A stretch of 63,936 bases of DNA, filler included, from Octopus bimaculoides (GCF_001194135.2; 6 parts of 5 records of this genome joined end to end with filler, not necessarily neighbours in it), one strand, 5' to 3'; counted from the whole stretch's first letter, positions 50,266 to 63,040 are shown. Numbers and translations are program-made. The notes: a model not told the origin generated them from the letters alone.

Positions 50266-50282
50266 AGATATATGCAACTAGT
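49731..50282. repeat. Inverted repeat across a gap: 20-bp unique arm + (AC)n ... (GT)n + 20-bp arm
   Basis: actagttgcatatatttagt (49731-49750) vs reverse complement of 50263-50282 (actagttgcatatatctagt), 19/20. Confidence 0.9.
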
Positions 50283-50796
50283 TTCAGTTACATGTTTAAG
50301 GGAAATATGGTTTATTCGCTTCGGTGCATTTGTGTATTTGGTGGCTTCGACATTTGGTGTAAAACGTCAGAGTTGTTCGTCTTTAACCCTTTCGATGTCG
50401 ATAAGATAAGCACCTAATAAAGCAAGTAAAGCGCTCGACGTGATCAAATTCATTTCGCAACTCAGTGTTACTGGTATTCGGCATATATATGAAAGAATTA
50501 TTAATTAATCTTCACGTTTTCTAATTAATAAAAGCTCAGGAAAATTTCGATTCACTTACTCAGATGATAAAACACAGGAATTGTCTTAAAGTATGTACAT
50601 ATATAGGTTGAGTAATACACAGCCTATACGTGTACATATACATATATACATACATTCATACATCCATACATCCATACACACATACATACATTCATACATA
50701 TATAATTATCAAGATATTGGTGTAATAATGCTGGGGAAGTATATTATATTGAGCTATGAAAACTAGTAATTTTTATATGCAGTTGTTCGCTTCATC

Positions 50797-50854
<58 letters not shown>

Positions 50855-50860
<6 letters not shown>

Positions 50861-51047
50861 TGTGTGTCTGTGTTTGTCCCCCCCACCATCGCTTGAAGAC
50901 CGATGTTGGTGTGTTTACGTCTCCGTAAACTAGCGGTTCGGAAAAAAAGACCGATAGAATAAGTACTAGGCTGGGGTTGATTTGTTCGACTAAAGGCGGT
51001 CCTCCAGCATGGTCGCAGTTAAATGACTGAAACAAGTAACAGAATAA
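50855..51047 (+). mobile_element. SINE family B tail
   Basis: tgtttgtgtgtctgtgtttgtccccccaccatcgcttga...gaataagtactagg...ggcggtcctccagcatgg...aataaaagaa. Confidence 0.9.
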
Positions 51048-51060
51048 AAGAATATATACA

Positions 51061-51870
51061 TACAGGATGCGTTGCGCAAATAGTTTAATTTTATATCTTT
51101 AATTTGGCGCATGCGCATGTTTGTTTTTGATTTTATCGACTAAACAGTACAGTTTGGTCAGTTGGACACCGTCTGTGAGATAAACAGCACCATGACGCAG
51201 TTTACTATGCCATAAATTTGGAAACGATATGCTGTACTGCTAGGAGTGATCACTAGTGATGGCGACGTCCTGCCTTCTTTCTTTTTTCCACACGGCTTCA
51301 GATTCAACATGGAGGCCTACATCAGGTGACTGGCGGAAATAGTGCTGCTCTGGCTCGAGAGGGTAACTTCTGGAACACCCTGTGTCTGGTAACACGACTC
51401 TGTACCACGCCACACAAGCAGGAGAAACCAGTCATGGCTGTCAGACAATTTCTGCGACCACATCACCCCTAACATCTGGCCGCCTAACGCCACAGATTGC
51501 AACCCCCTTGCATAATAATGAAGGGGGTTGTAGTCTGGGGAGTTAGCCGGCCAGATGTTAGGGATGATGTGGTCGCAGAAATTGAAGCAGAGACCAGCAA
51601 TACTCATTGTAACATCAAAGATGAACTGAAGGCAAGTATTATGGTAGCATTCACCAATTTAAACAAGAGGACCTTAAGAAGCCTTGCAGGAGGTTCCGAA
51701 GTCGTTTGGAGGTCGTGGTTGAAGGCAATGGCGATTTTATTGAATAAATTTACTCTTTACTATTTCAAAATATTTTTATGTAATTTTGACAAATACATCT
51801 GCTAAAATGAGATGTCTGCTACTTTCATTTTTGTGTAATTTAGACGACAGTTTATTCACCGCACCTTCTC
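51061..51870 (+). mobile_element. Internally deleted Tc1/mariner (DD37D/maT-like) element
   Basis: MTQFTMP...LGVITSDGDVLPSFFFPHG...PCVW*HDSVPRHTSRR.QSWLSDNFCDHITPNIWPPNATDCNPL...NIKDELKASIM..F.NLNK...FRSRLEVVVEGNGDFIE*. The QQDSAP.H...WPP.SPD.NPLD signature is recognisable. Confidence 0.85.
51446..51584. repeat. 64-bp inverted duplication (hairpin, 11-nt loop) inside the transposase remnant
   Basis: Arms 51446-51509 and 51521-51584, 58/64 complementary. Confidence 0.95.
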
Positions 51871-52819
51871 TCTCTCCCTCTCTGTCTCCTTCTCTCTCTC
51901 TCCTTCTCTCTCTCTCTCTCCTTCTCTCCCTCTCTCTATGTGTGTGTATGTGTCCTATTATGTGGATAGATTGAAAGAAACAAGAAAAGATATATAAAGA
52001 CATAAAGATCATTATAATATACCTATGTACGTATATAATGCTTACAGAGGCACACATACACAAATGTATAACACAATTATATCTATCCATTCCATCTCTC
52101 TTCGTCTCCCTCTCCCTCTCTCTCACTCTCTGTNNNNNNNNNNNNNNNNNNNNNNNNNNNNNNNNNNNNNNNNNNNNNNNNNNNNNNNNNNNNNNNNNNN
52201 NNNNNNNNNNNNNNNNNNNNNNNNNNNNNNNNNNNNNNNNNNNNNNNNNNNNNNNNNNNTATATATATATATATTCGTGTGTGTACGTATGCATACACGC
52301 ATACACATATACACGTATCTGTTGTACACTACACTGTTTCATGATAATTCCAAATATAAAGTCTTTCGAATTAATATACAATTTAGCATCGCCGTCAAAA
52401 TGAAGCCCCCTCTCCCTTTCTCATTTCCCAATTTATTTATGCATACTCATACACACACGTACGCACACACACACACGAACACACACATCCGCGCACGCAC
52501 GTTTAGGTAGAGTTATAAATATTAGCATGCATAAGTATAGTACTAGGTGTTCTGTAAACGGGTAGGTAGCATGGTGCGTTGGCGAAATTATGTACGGTGT
52601 CATGAGCATCAGGGAAGTGAAATGAACTGCTATATTAAAAGCGATATGTGCACTGGGTTTTCTCTGTACTTATCATCGTTAATCTAAATGCTTTTGCCTG
52701 GCACATACAGATATAGCTCTGCCTTAGTACGACAACAACGCAAGCTTATTGAAATGGAAAAATAACATTGCTTTCTTTGGGTGGAGGTACAAAAATGTGC
52801 GATTACAAAAGAAGTAACG

Positions 52820-53353
<534 letters not shown>

Positions 53354-54732
53354 NNNNNNNNNNNNNNNNNNNNNNNNNNNNNNNNNNNNNNNNNNNNNNN
53401 NNNNNNNNNNNNNNNNNNNNNNNNNNNNNNNNNNNNNNNNNNNNNNNNNNNNNNNNNNNNNNNNNNNNNNNNNNNNNNNNNNNNNNNNNNNNNNNNNNNN
53501 NNNNNNNNNNNNNNNNNNNNNNNNNNNNNNNNNNNNNNNNNNNNNNNNNNNNNNNNNNNNNNNNNNNNNNNNNNNNNNNNNNNNNNNNNNNNNNNNNNNN
53601 NNNNNNNNNNNNNNNNNNNNNNNNNNNNNNNNNNNNNNNNNNNNNNNNNNNNNNNNNNNNNNNNNNNNNNNNNNNNNNNNNNNNNNNNNNNNNNNNNNNN
53701 NNNNNNNNNNNNNNNNNNNNNNNNNNNNNNNNNNNNNNNNNNNNNNNNNNNNNNNNNNNNNNNNNNNNNNNNNNNNNNNNNNNNNNNNNNNNNNNNNNNN
53801 NNNNNNNNNNNNNNNNNNNNNNNNNNNNNNNNNNNNNNNNNNNNNNNNNNNNNNNNNNNNNNNNNNNNNNNNNNNNNNNNNNNNNNNNNNNNNNNNNNNN
53901 NNNNNNNNNNNNNNNNNNNNNNNNNNNNNNNNNNNNNNNNNNNNNNNNNNNNNNNNNNNNNNNNNNNNNNNNNNNNNNNNNNNNNNNNNNNNNNNNNNNN
54001 NNNNNNNNNNNNNNNNNNNNNNNNNNNNNNNNNNNNNNNNNNNNNNNNNNNNNNNNNNNNNNNNNNNNNNNNNNNNNNNNNNNNNNNNNNNNNNNNNNNN
54101 NNNNNNNNNNNNNNNNNNNNNNNNNNNNNNNNNNNNNNNNNNNNNNNNNNNNNNNNNNNNNNNNNNNNNNNNNNNNNNNNNNNNNNNNNNNNNNNNNNNN
54201 NNNNNNNNNNNNNNNNNNNNNNNNNNNNNNNNNNNNNNNNNNNNNNNNNNNNNNNNNNNNNNNNNNNNNNNNNNNNNNNNNNNNNNNNNNNNNNNNNNNN
54301 NTATATATATATATATATATATATATATTCTTTGATCATTCATGCAAACAAACATGATAAGGACAACGGCAAGTAATGTGTTGTCTGTTTTAGATTAGCG
54401 GTAAAAGTTTGAAATATAATCGTGAACGTAGGCTTGGCTCAGCGGTTAAGACGTTAGCCTTGCAATTATGAGGTGTGTGGATCGTTTCTGATATTCGGTA
54501 CCTTCTTTTTGGATCACTTTTGCATTGAGTACCCGCTTTTTTGAATCGTTATGAAGAAAATGGGGATAGATGAAATTTGATAGGCTTCTTACATGTTGTG
54601 TAGTGCGGATTTAAGCAACAATTTATAGTAAATTTATTACTGTCTCTGGTCTTAGGCGTTATGCTGTGAGTAACCCGGATACCCTGGCGTATAAGCTGAA
54701 AGGACCATAGCAGTCATCCCGTTCTTTTTTAG

Positions 54733-54910
54733 GGTTTACAGATGAGTGAAATGGAGCAACATGAAATGAAGTGTGTTGCTGAGGGACACAACGCCCCAAC
54801 AAGAAAGACAATGTCGACGTCAGCGAAATTTGAACCCGGAACCTGAAAGCGGACGCAATACTGCTAATCATTCTGGCTGGTGTGCTAACGATTCTGCCAG
54901 CTTACCACCT
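54733..54910 (-). mobile_element. Decayed SINE (family A-type head joined to family C-type core)
   Basis: Reverse complement: ggtaagctggcagaatcgttagcacacc...ggttcaaatttcgctgacgtcgac...tgtccctcagcaacacacttcatttcatgttgctcca. Confidence 0.55.

Positions 54911-54967
<57 letters not shown>
54911..54967 (+). repeat. (AAT)n microsatellite
   Basis: Directly visible. Confidence 0.98.
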
Positions 54968-54971
<4 letters not shown>

Positions 54972-55100
54972 CAACTGAAGAGGTAACCCAGACACTGCAA
55001 AGACTAAGCAACTGGAAGGCACCTGGACACGACAAGATCCCCAATTTCTGGTTAAAACACCTGCCAGCAATGCATAAAAAGCTGGCAGAAAACTTTAACA
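54968..55100 (+). mobile_element. 5'-truncated R4/Dong-like element, start of RT region
   Basis: TTEEVTQTLQRLSNWKAPGHDKIPNFWLKHLPAMHKKLAENFN, uninterrupted: NWKAPG.D.I.NFW.K motif; runs into a gap. Confidence 0.9.
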
Positions 55101-55144
55101 NNNNNNNNNNNNNNNNNNNNNNNNNNNNNNNNNNNNNNNNNNNN

Positions 55145-55156
55145 TTAATTAATTAA
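55145..55156. other. Assembly linker TTAATTAATTAA
   Basis: Flanked by 44 N on each side. Confidence 0.92.
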
Positions 55157-55200
55157 NNNNNNNNNNNNNNNNNNNNNNNNNNNNNNNNNNNNNNNNNNNN

Positions 55201-55254
<54 letters not shown>

Positions 55255-55389
55255 GTATATACACTCACATACATGCAAGTATACATATGTATTTATATTT
55301 ATATATATGTATGTATATATAGATTTAGAAATATATACATACATAGATATAAACAAAACAAACATTTATGCATGCACATGCATATTCAC

Positions 55390-55540
55390 ACGTACATACA
55401 TATATACCTACATACATACATGCATACACACATATATACATACATACATACATACATGTATACCTACATACATACATGCATACACACATATATACATACA
55501 TACATACATACATACTTACATACATACATACATACATACG
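55390..55540 (+). repeat. (TACA)n imperfect microsatellite
   Basis: Directly visible. Confidence 0.95.
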
Positions 55541-56318
55541 TCCCATCTAAGCTCATCGCAGGTAGACATCTTTTCTAGGAAAGTACATGACTCTATATGT
55601 AGTCGTCGCTTCAAATCTGTTTTTGGTAATTTTTTCAATAACTTCTGTGCTTCATACAATTCATGCCAGAAAATATGAAATATTTACTTTACTTCCAGCT
55701 CCTTGTTAAGATATATAGATAGCTTGTTTATTTATCAACATGCAATCTACTGTTGCACAAAAAGTCATCTATTTATTCATTTGCATAACATATACAGCAT
55801 TTTTTGATATCCTGAGTGTCAACCATCCAAATTATCAAAGAACCTATCAAGTAAATACAAGGCCATTTTTATGTCACCGAGTAATAATTATTTCATTTAG
55901 CAACGACACCGGCAGTTTTAGATTTTAAGGGAGTGAATCAATCGATATCTTCGATCCCGGTACTTACATTATACTTTGTTTTATCCGGCTTGATGCAAAA
56001 TGATAATTGAAAAGCATTTTTTTTCCTGACACTCAATTGATTCTGTCTATCCAAATACGAACGAGTAAAAAGCAAGGCTGTGTTGTGAGATACGCCATTG
56101 AAGTCGGCCTGTTGAAGGAACAATAATCTGTGATACTTTAATATAAGTTAATGGCTATATAGTTGATAAACAGTTTGAGCACTAACATAAGAATATTATG
56201 GTATATAGTGCGATATGTGTTCTCTGGGAATAAATTATGCTGTAACACATAGTTAGTGGTCTGTTTCTCTGCTCTGTCTTTCTGTTCTTTCTCTCTCTGT
56301 TTCTCTCTAAATAAATAC

Positions 56319-56400
56319 AATAAGTGCTAGACTTACAAAAATAAGTCCTGGGTTAGATTTGCTCGACTAAAGGCGCTGTTCCAACATGGCCACAATCAAA
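56319..56400 (+). mobile_element. SINE family B tail fragment
   Basis: aataagtgctagacttacaaaaataagtcctgggttagatttgctcgactaaaggcg... Confidence 0.85.
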
Positions 56401-56422
56401 TATACATATATATACACATATA

Positions 56423-56594
56423 CTCTTTTGCTTGTTTCAGTCATTTGACTGGGACTACGATGGAGCACCGCCTTTAGTCGAGCAAATCTACACCAGGAGT
56501 TACTTTTTTTAAGTGTAGCACTTATTCTATCGGTCTTTTTCGATGAACCGCTAAGTTATGGGGACGTAAACACACCACCATCAGTTGCCAAACG
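56423..56594 (-). mobile_element. SINE family B tail, inverted relative to 56319-56400
   Basis: ctcttttgcttgtttcagtcatttgact...gagcaccgcctttagtcgagcaaatc...ggggacgtaaacacaccac. Confidence 0.88.
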
Positions 56595-56661
56595 AGGATG
56601 AGAAGGAGGAGGAGGAGGAAAAGGAGGAGGAGGAGGAGGAGAAGACGAAGAAGAAGAAGAA

Positions 56662-56708
<47 letters not shown>

Positions 56709-56890
56709 AGAAGAAGGAGGAGGAGGAGGAGAAGACGAAGAAGAAGAAGAAGAAGAAGAATAAGAAGAATAAGAAGAAGAAGAAGAAGAAAAAGAAGAAG
56801 AAGGAGAAGAAGAAGAAAAAGAAGAAGAAGGAGGAGGAGGAGGAGATAATGACGATGAAGTTCATGACGATGACGATGACGACCATGATA

Positions 56891-56923
<33 letters not shown>

Positions 56924-57064
56924 GTCACAACGACGATGACGATTAAAACGATGATGTTGACGACGACGATGAGGAAGATGATGATGAAGAGGAGGAGGAG
57001 TAAGAAGAAGAAGAAGAAGAGGACGCGAGGAGGAGGAGGAGGAGGAGGAGGAGGAGGAGGAGGA
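56594..57064 (+). repeat. Compound purine-rich trinucleotide (GGA)n(GAA)n(GAT/GAC)n
   Basis: Directly visible; occupies the SINE's internal microsatellite position; source of the poly-K/E/R/M pseudo-ORFs. Confidence 0.97.
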
Positions 57065-57489
57065 TTATAATTGGGTAGGAAATTAAGACAGATTATGTTG
57101 AAACCGTATAAATGATTTCAAACAATCCTTTATTGAAATGTAACGAAACCATCCCAACGTTGCAAAGATCCTTGTCTTTTTTCTTATTTTTTTTTTTATT
57201 TTGGACTGGGCAACGATGACTGTGTAAACAAAACGTTATATAATATCTTAGGGATCAGATTCTATCGTGAATTTACATATTTATAGGAAATATTATCATG
57301 TGCACCACAAAAACCAACACCAACATCACCATCATCATCATCAACATTAACCAAAAATTGCAGCAAATTAATTTTTCATTTAAAGAGCTTAATTCTTTGT
57401 TTGCAAAATATACACCTTTTCAGAAATGAACTCGCTATTTTTTGTTGTATTTCTTTCTCTTCTACTATTTCCTCTTCTGTTTCGCCCTT

Positions 57490-57731
57490 TCTTCTACTTA
57501 ATAAGGTTGTGTGTATGTATGTATGCATGTATGTATATATGCATGTGTGTACGTACGTATGGATGTATGTATGTATGTATGTATGTATGTATGTATGTAT
57601 GCAATGTATGCATGCAAGTACGTACTACGTATGTATGTATGTATGTATGTATGCATGCATGTATGTATCTATATATGAATGTATGTATGTATGAATATAT
57701 GTATGTTTGCAAGTATTAATGTATCCCAATG

Positions 57732-57786
<55 letters not shown>

Positions 57787-57859
57787 TATATACCATATTT
57801 ATAATTTATACGTATACAAATGCGCTTACACAGAGATATATATATACATACATATATAT

Positions 57860-57929
<70 letters not shown>

Positions 57930-58160
57930 CAAGCATCTATATATGGATACATATTAGCCTATATAAGTATACATATATACATATACACACATATATATAT
58001 AATATATAATATATGGTATATATATATCTAAATATATAGGAATGTATATATATAAGTATATATATATAGGTGTGCATATATACGTGAGTGTGTATATCCA
58101 TATATATATATGTATATATGTATATATATACGTGTGTGTATGTATTTATGTATGCATACT
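57490..58160. repeat. (TATG)n/(TA)n/(TG)n microsatellite field
   Basis: Directly visible. Confidence 0.95.
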
Positions 58161-58636
58161 TGTATATGTGAACACGTCCATTTTATACATAATACATATT
58201 TTCTCATTGTGTACATTAATAGAGAAATGAATTATTTGTATAGATTTGCATTGTTGAATTTATCAAACATAACTTTTGAGTAAGCCATTTATGAATTGCC
58301 CAGTCTCCACATCGAAACACTAGAATAGAATTCTTAAAATCATACAAAACAGCCATTGCATTAACTATTACTTCAACTTCCGGTTCTCATTTATGTTGCC
58401 GCTGAGTTTCATGCAATCACACGTGCACACTCACACAAACAGACAAACACACACAGGTGCACACATACAAACGTGCACACTCATACGCGCGCGCACACAA
58501 CTGTATATAAATATGTATGTATAATTGAGCATGTGTGTCTCTTTAAATTTGTATTTGTGATTGTGCTGTGGTGTATGCATGCAATTGCATGTAGGAGCAT
58601 ACATACTCATGTAGGCTTCTGTATATGTTTGTACGT

Positions 58637-58689
<53 letters not shown>

Positions 58690-60687
58690 NNNNNNNNNNN
58701 NNNNNNNNNNNNNNNNNNNNNNNNNNNNNNNNNNNNNNNNNNNNNNNNNNNNNNNNNNNNNNNNNNNNNNNNNNNNNNNNNNNNNNNNNNNNNNNNNNNN
58801 NNNNNNNNNNNNNNNNNNNNNNNNNNNNNNNNNNNNNNNNNNNNNNNNNNNNNNNNNNNNNNNNNNNNNNNNNNNNNNNNNNNNNNNNNNNNNNNNNNNN
58901 NNNNNNNNNNNNNNNNNNNNNNNNNNNNNNNNNNNNNNNNNNNNNNNNNNNNNNNNNNNNNNNNNNNNNNNNNNNNNNNNNNNNNNNNNNNNNNNNNNNN
59001 NNNNNNNNNNNNNNNNNNNNNNNNNNNNNNNNNNNNNNNNNNNNNNNNNNNNNNNNNNNNNNNNNNNNNNNNNNNNNNNNNNNNNNNNNNNNNNNNNNNN
59101 NNNNNNNNNNNNNNNNNNNNNNNNNNNNNNNNNNNNNNNNNNNNNNNNNNNNNNNNNNNNNNNNNNNNNNNNNNNNNNNNNNNNNNNNNNNNNNNNNNNN
59201 NNNNNNNNNNNNNNNNNNNNNNNNNNATATATATATATATATATATACTGTGTGTTTGTTTGAGTGTGTGTGTGATGTGGTGTGTGTGTGTGTGTGTGTG
59301 CGTGTGTGCGTGTGTGATTGTGTGTGTGTGTGTTTGTGTGTGTGCACACGAGTTGTGCAATAATGCAAAAATTCTTAATTATTTTCGACGTGATAGCGTT
59401 TCCGTTCGGAGCCCTTGTAATATATAATTCTGTTTTTCCAACTTTGTGTTTCAAAATGTCTTAAATAGTTTAGCTTTGGTGTTCATTGTTTAAGCCTTTT
59501 TAAAGTTTTACCATATTTTCCTATATTTCTTGCTCAGCCTTGCAAAATATTGTACTTCCCAAATACATAACAGTACATATATGTAGCCGTATATACATAC
59601 GTGTATTCTGACTTAAAGCCTCTAACTCATTAACTCACACACATACCTACACATATACACACGCATTAATGTGCGTGTGTATATGTTGCATGCCCTTGTA
59701 TTTTTATGGATTTACAGTGTGTTTAAACCGGGTGGGTGATCTTGGACAATACGCGTACACGTTATGTAAGGCCACTTCAATTTAGATTATGGAAATTACG
59801 CCCTCAAATATATGTTTTTGTGTGTTTATGTATATAAATATATATGTACATATGTATTTGTATGTGTACAAATGTATGTGTGTATAAGTATGTAAATAAT
59901 GGGATTTATATATGTATGCAAAGATTTCTTGGAAATAATGTATTTTTTTGTCTAATTATATATTTCATTCTTCATAAATTCTCTTTCGCCCAATCCCATT
60001 TTCTCAACCTCTAAAAATCTTGGTGTTCCTATATACATACATATATATTCATGCGTACATGTATATATATTTATATACTATATGCATAGGTGTATGGCGT
60101 TTATACACACATACGTGCATACGTATAGTGACATACACATATTTATATATATACGTACATGGATATATAACTATCTGCATTATACATGCATACGTACACA
60201 CTCACACACATACTTATATATATATATCAACATGTATACTTATATACATATATTCATTTCTTAATGATTTGTTATAAGGCCACATAGTTGAGTGGTTAAA
60301 CTTGTCTTTGTATCCTAATATAAGATATCATTACCATGTTCGATCCTTATTTGGCTCAATATCCTTTGCTTTGTGTCCTCTGGGGGACATATGAACCCAT
60401 TAGATATAAAACCCATCAGGGGGGACATATAAACCTATCTCGTTGACCAGATTTTGACCAGGAATGTCTTAGATTGTGAATCCGTAACATTTCAATCCCT
60501 ATTTTCTCATACGTTTGACAAGCTTTCTTTGCGTCTGAGCATTAATTTCGAAGTGTGTTTATTGATTAACACTAGTAAAGTATTACTTTTTCGTAACTTA
60601 CTTTCTCAAATTTGTAGAATAATGCTTCTTTTTTTTTCTTTTTTGCCAGATCCATAATTAAATATAATGCTAGCATCAATATATTTA

Positions 60688-60727
<40 letters not shown>

Positions 60728-62017
60728 AAGAGAGATAGATAGATAGATAGATAGTTCGATAGATATATAGATAGATAGATAGATAGATATGTATACATAC
60801 ATACATACATACATACAGACATTCTACCATTCTACCAAATTTCTTCATCCATTTTAGAAACGCTGGTCTTGTATAAAGTATTATATGTTGCTTGCGCCAA
60901 AACAACTCGAAACTTCCAGAGGTTTGGAATATATCGTTTTTAACGGAAGTGGAGGTGCATAAAGGAAATTAAAAGGTCGTGCATACACACTGGGTTTGAA
61001 ACCTCTGGAGAGAAAAAGCTCAATCTTGCCTGTGGTATTAGAATCTTAATCTCCTGTAAAGATGGTAGATGTTCTACATTGTACCTTTGTATGGAGTTTA
61101 TTCGATTCTGCATCTGTTTGACGTGCGCGCTTCTATGTATACGATTTCTGATATTAAAAGTGTTTTCCCAACAGAGTGTTACGCTCTAGTCCCAAAATAT
61201 TCTTATATCACTGTATTGTAGACATCAAATTTCTGGTATATTTTCATACAATTATCGCAAAGAATCAAGGCAAATCTTCATTCTTTTACCTTTTCATCAT
61301 TTTTAGTCATTGTACTCTGGCCATACTGGTGCTGTATCTTGGAAGTTTTAGTCGTAAAAAAATATCTTCTGTACCCCTTTGAAGCCACTACTAATTCTGT
61401 TATAAACTTTCCACGATATTGTCAGGAGAATAAATAAAAAATTGCTGAAAACGGGTGAGAAACAAACACACACGCACGCACACAGTCACCACACCCGTAC
61501 ACATATAAGCACACATATAGCTATATGATAGGTAGCTGCAATTTTCATCTACCGAATTCGTTTAACATTCCATTTAAACAAATAACTAAATAAATGTATC
61601 GTTTATCGTCCATTTAATCAATCAATTCTTTAGGTTTGTCGAAGTCCTGTCGTCACTCTTTGTGGTCTCATATACGTGAGGACGTCTTTTTCGGTGGACA
61701 AGAAGGAAACGTAAGCCCAAATCCATGAAGGAAGAAAAAGACGGGTTAAAAATTCAGGTGCCTCTTCTGCAAAAGAGTTATGGGAAATAACACGCAAGAA
61801 AACGATGCAACAGAGAGGTGTGTTTCTGTTTAGTAGGTTATATATAACTAATGAAGAATATAATGATAAAGCTGGACATCAGACAACAATACGCATTGTT
61901 TATTTAAACTTCTTTCAACATCACAATATATTCCTAGCAGCGTAAAACTCCTGAAACTTATATATATATATATNNNNNNNNNNNNNNNNNNNNNNNNNNN
62001 NNNNNNNNNNNNNNNNN

Positions 62018-62029
62018 TTAATTAATTAA
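62018..62029. other. Assembly linker TTAATTAATTAA
   Basis: Flanked by 44 N on each side. Confidence 0.92.
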
Positions 62030-62561
62030 NNNNNNNNNNNNNNNNNNNNNNNNNNNNNNNNNNNNNNNNNNNNACAGGACTAGTGTATTACACTTAACAC
62101 TGATAAAAACAAAGGAAAGAAAACCTTGTCGATTATTTTATCCAAAGACTGCTAGATGCAATGCTGTTAGATACACACATCAACTTCTCTCTGATATCAT
62201 CCTCAGGCTGAATTGATACCGTCTTATAAAGACTGCTTTAAGATTAGGCTATTAAAAGAGAAAAGTGTTCACATGTACAGTTTCTCAAGTTAGCATCTGC
62301 TTCAAAAGAACTAAACAGAAAGGAGACAAAAATATACAAACAATATCAAAGAGAAAAAAAACATCCAAAGACTTAGAAGTGATTCGTAAGAGGAGACTTT
62401 AAGATAGCAGGAAAACTAACAACCTCAACACTGTTAAAGTCATGCCACTATATTAATGCACAGATCACAACTAGGAAACTAGACTTTTCAAAGTTTATTT
62501 ATATTTTAACACTTAACAGGAAACTTGAGCCCCTAATGACTATCATTATTCCTGTAATTAC

Positions 62562-62596
62562 CCCTTCAATTAAAGGAACAATGGATGGATTACATT
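62562..62596 (-). CDS. Candidate 35-nt internal exon of an unidentified host gene (ECNPSIVPLIEG)
   Basis: Minus strand: pyrimidine-rich ...ctcttctccctcctcttggttttgtgtttgctgatatacctatttactacag | exon | gtaatt. Only one frame is open, and it is phase-compatible with 62702-62743. Confidence 0.45.
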
Positions 62597-62701
62597 CTGT
62601 AGTAAATAGGTATATCAGCAAACACAAAACCAAGAGGAGGGAGAAGAGTTAATCCTTATAACTATTTGTCAGAATTTTGAAGACTAGCTATAATAATTTA
62701 C

Positions 62702-62743
62702 CAATGATTTCAGCTGTAGTTAACTGGTACCAATGTGGTAACA
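62702..62743 (-). CDS. Candidate 42-nt internal exon of an unidentified host gene (LPHWYQLTTAEII)
   Basis: Minus strand gctaatctgtcag | exon | gtaaat; only one open frame; phase 1 at both ends; 105-nt GT-AG intron to the next candidate. Confidence 0.4.
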
Positions 62744-62970
62744 CTGACAGATTAGCTTTATATTTTCATTTTAATAAAACAAGAGCTTTCAGTATGAATT
62801 TAAGTATCTTTCTTTCAATATTCATTGATAATACATAGAATTATAATGATGATTTAAGTATAATTTAAAATTCTCTCCCTAATGAATAAGCATTAGTGAA
62901 TGAAGTACTTCCAGGAATCGGAAATAAAAGGAATGATAGGATAATTCCTCTACAGACACATAGTGCTCAC

Positions 62971-63040
62971 CAAACAATAATAATGGCCCTACAAAGATTT
63001 GGATAATTTTCCAGTTTGTAATATATATTAGACTGTTCCA
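62971..63040 (-). CDS. Weaker candidate upstream exon (WNSLIYITNWKIIQIFVGPLLLF, or alternative frame EQSNIYYKLENYPNLCRAIIIV)
   Basis: Strong donor G|gtgagc at 62970; acceptor cccatcag; two frames are open and the first is phase-compatible with 62702-62743. Confidence 0.22.

Noticed and set aside
56581-57070. Poly-K/E/M, poly-R and poly-F ORFs resembling nucleic-acid-binding or protamine-like proteins
   Set aside because: Pure trinucleotide array open in several frames on both strands, sitting in a SINE's microsatellite slot.
62970-63040. Resemblance of NWKIIQIFVGPLLLF to an SLC22/organic cation transporter TM segment
   Set aside because: The expected following PESPRW motif is absent, so no gene name is assigned.
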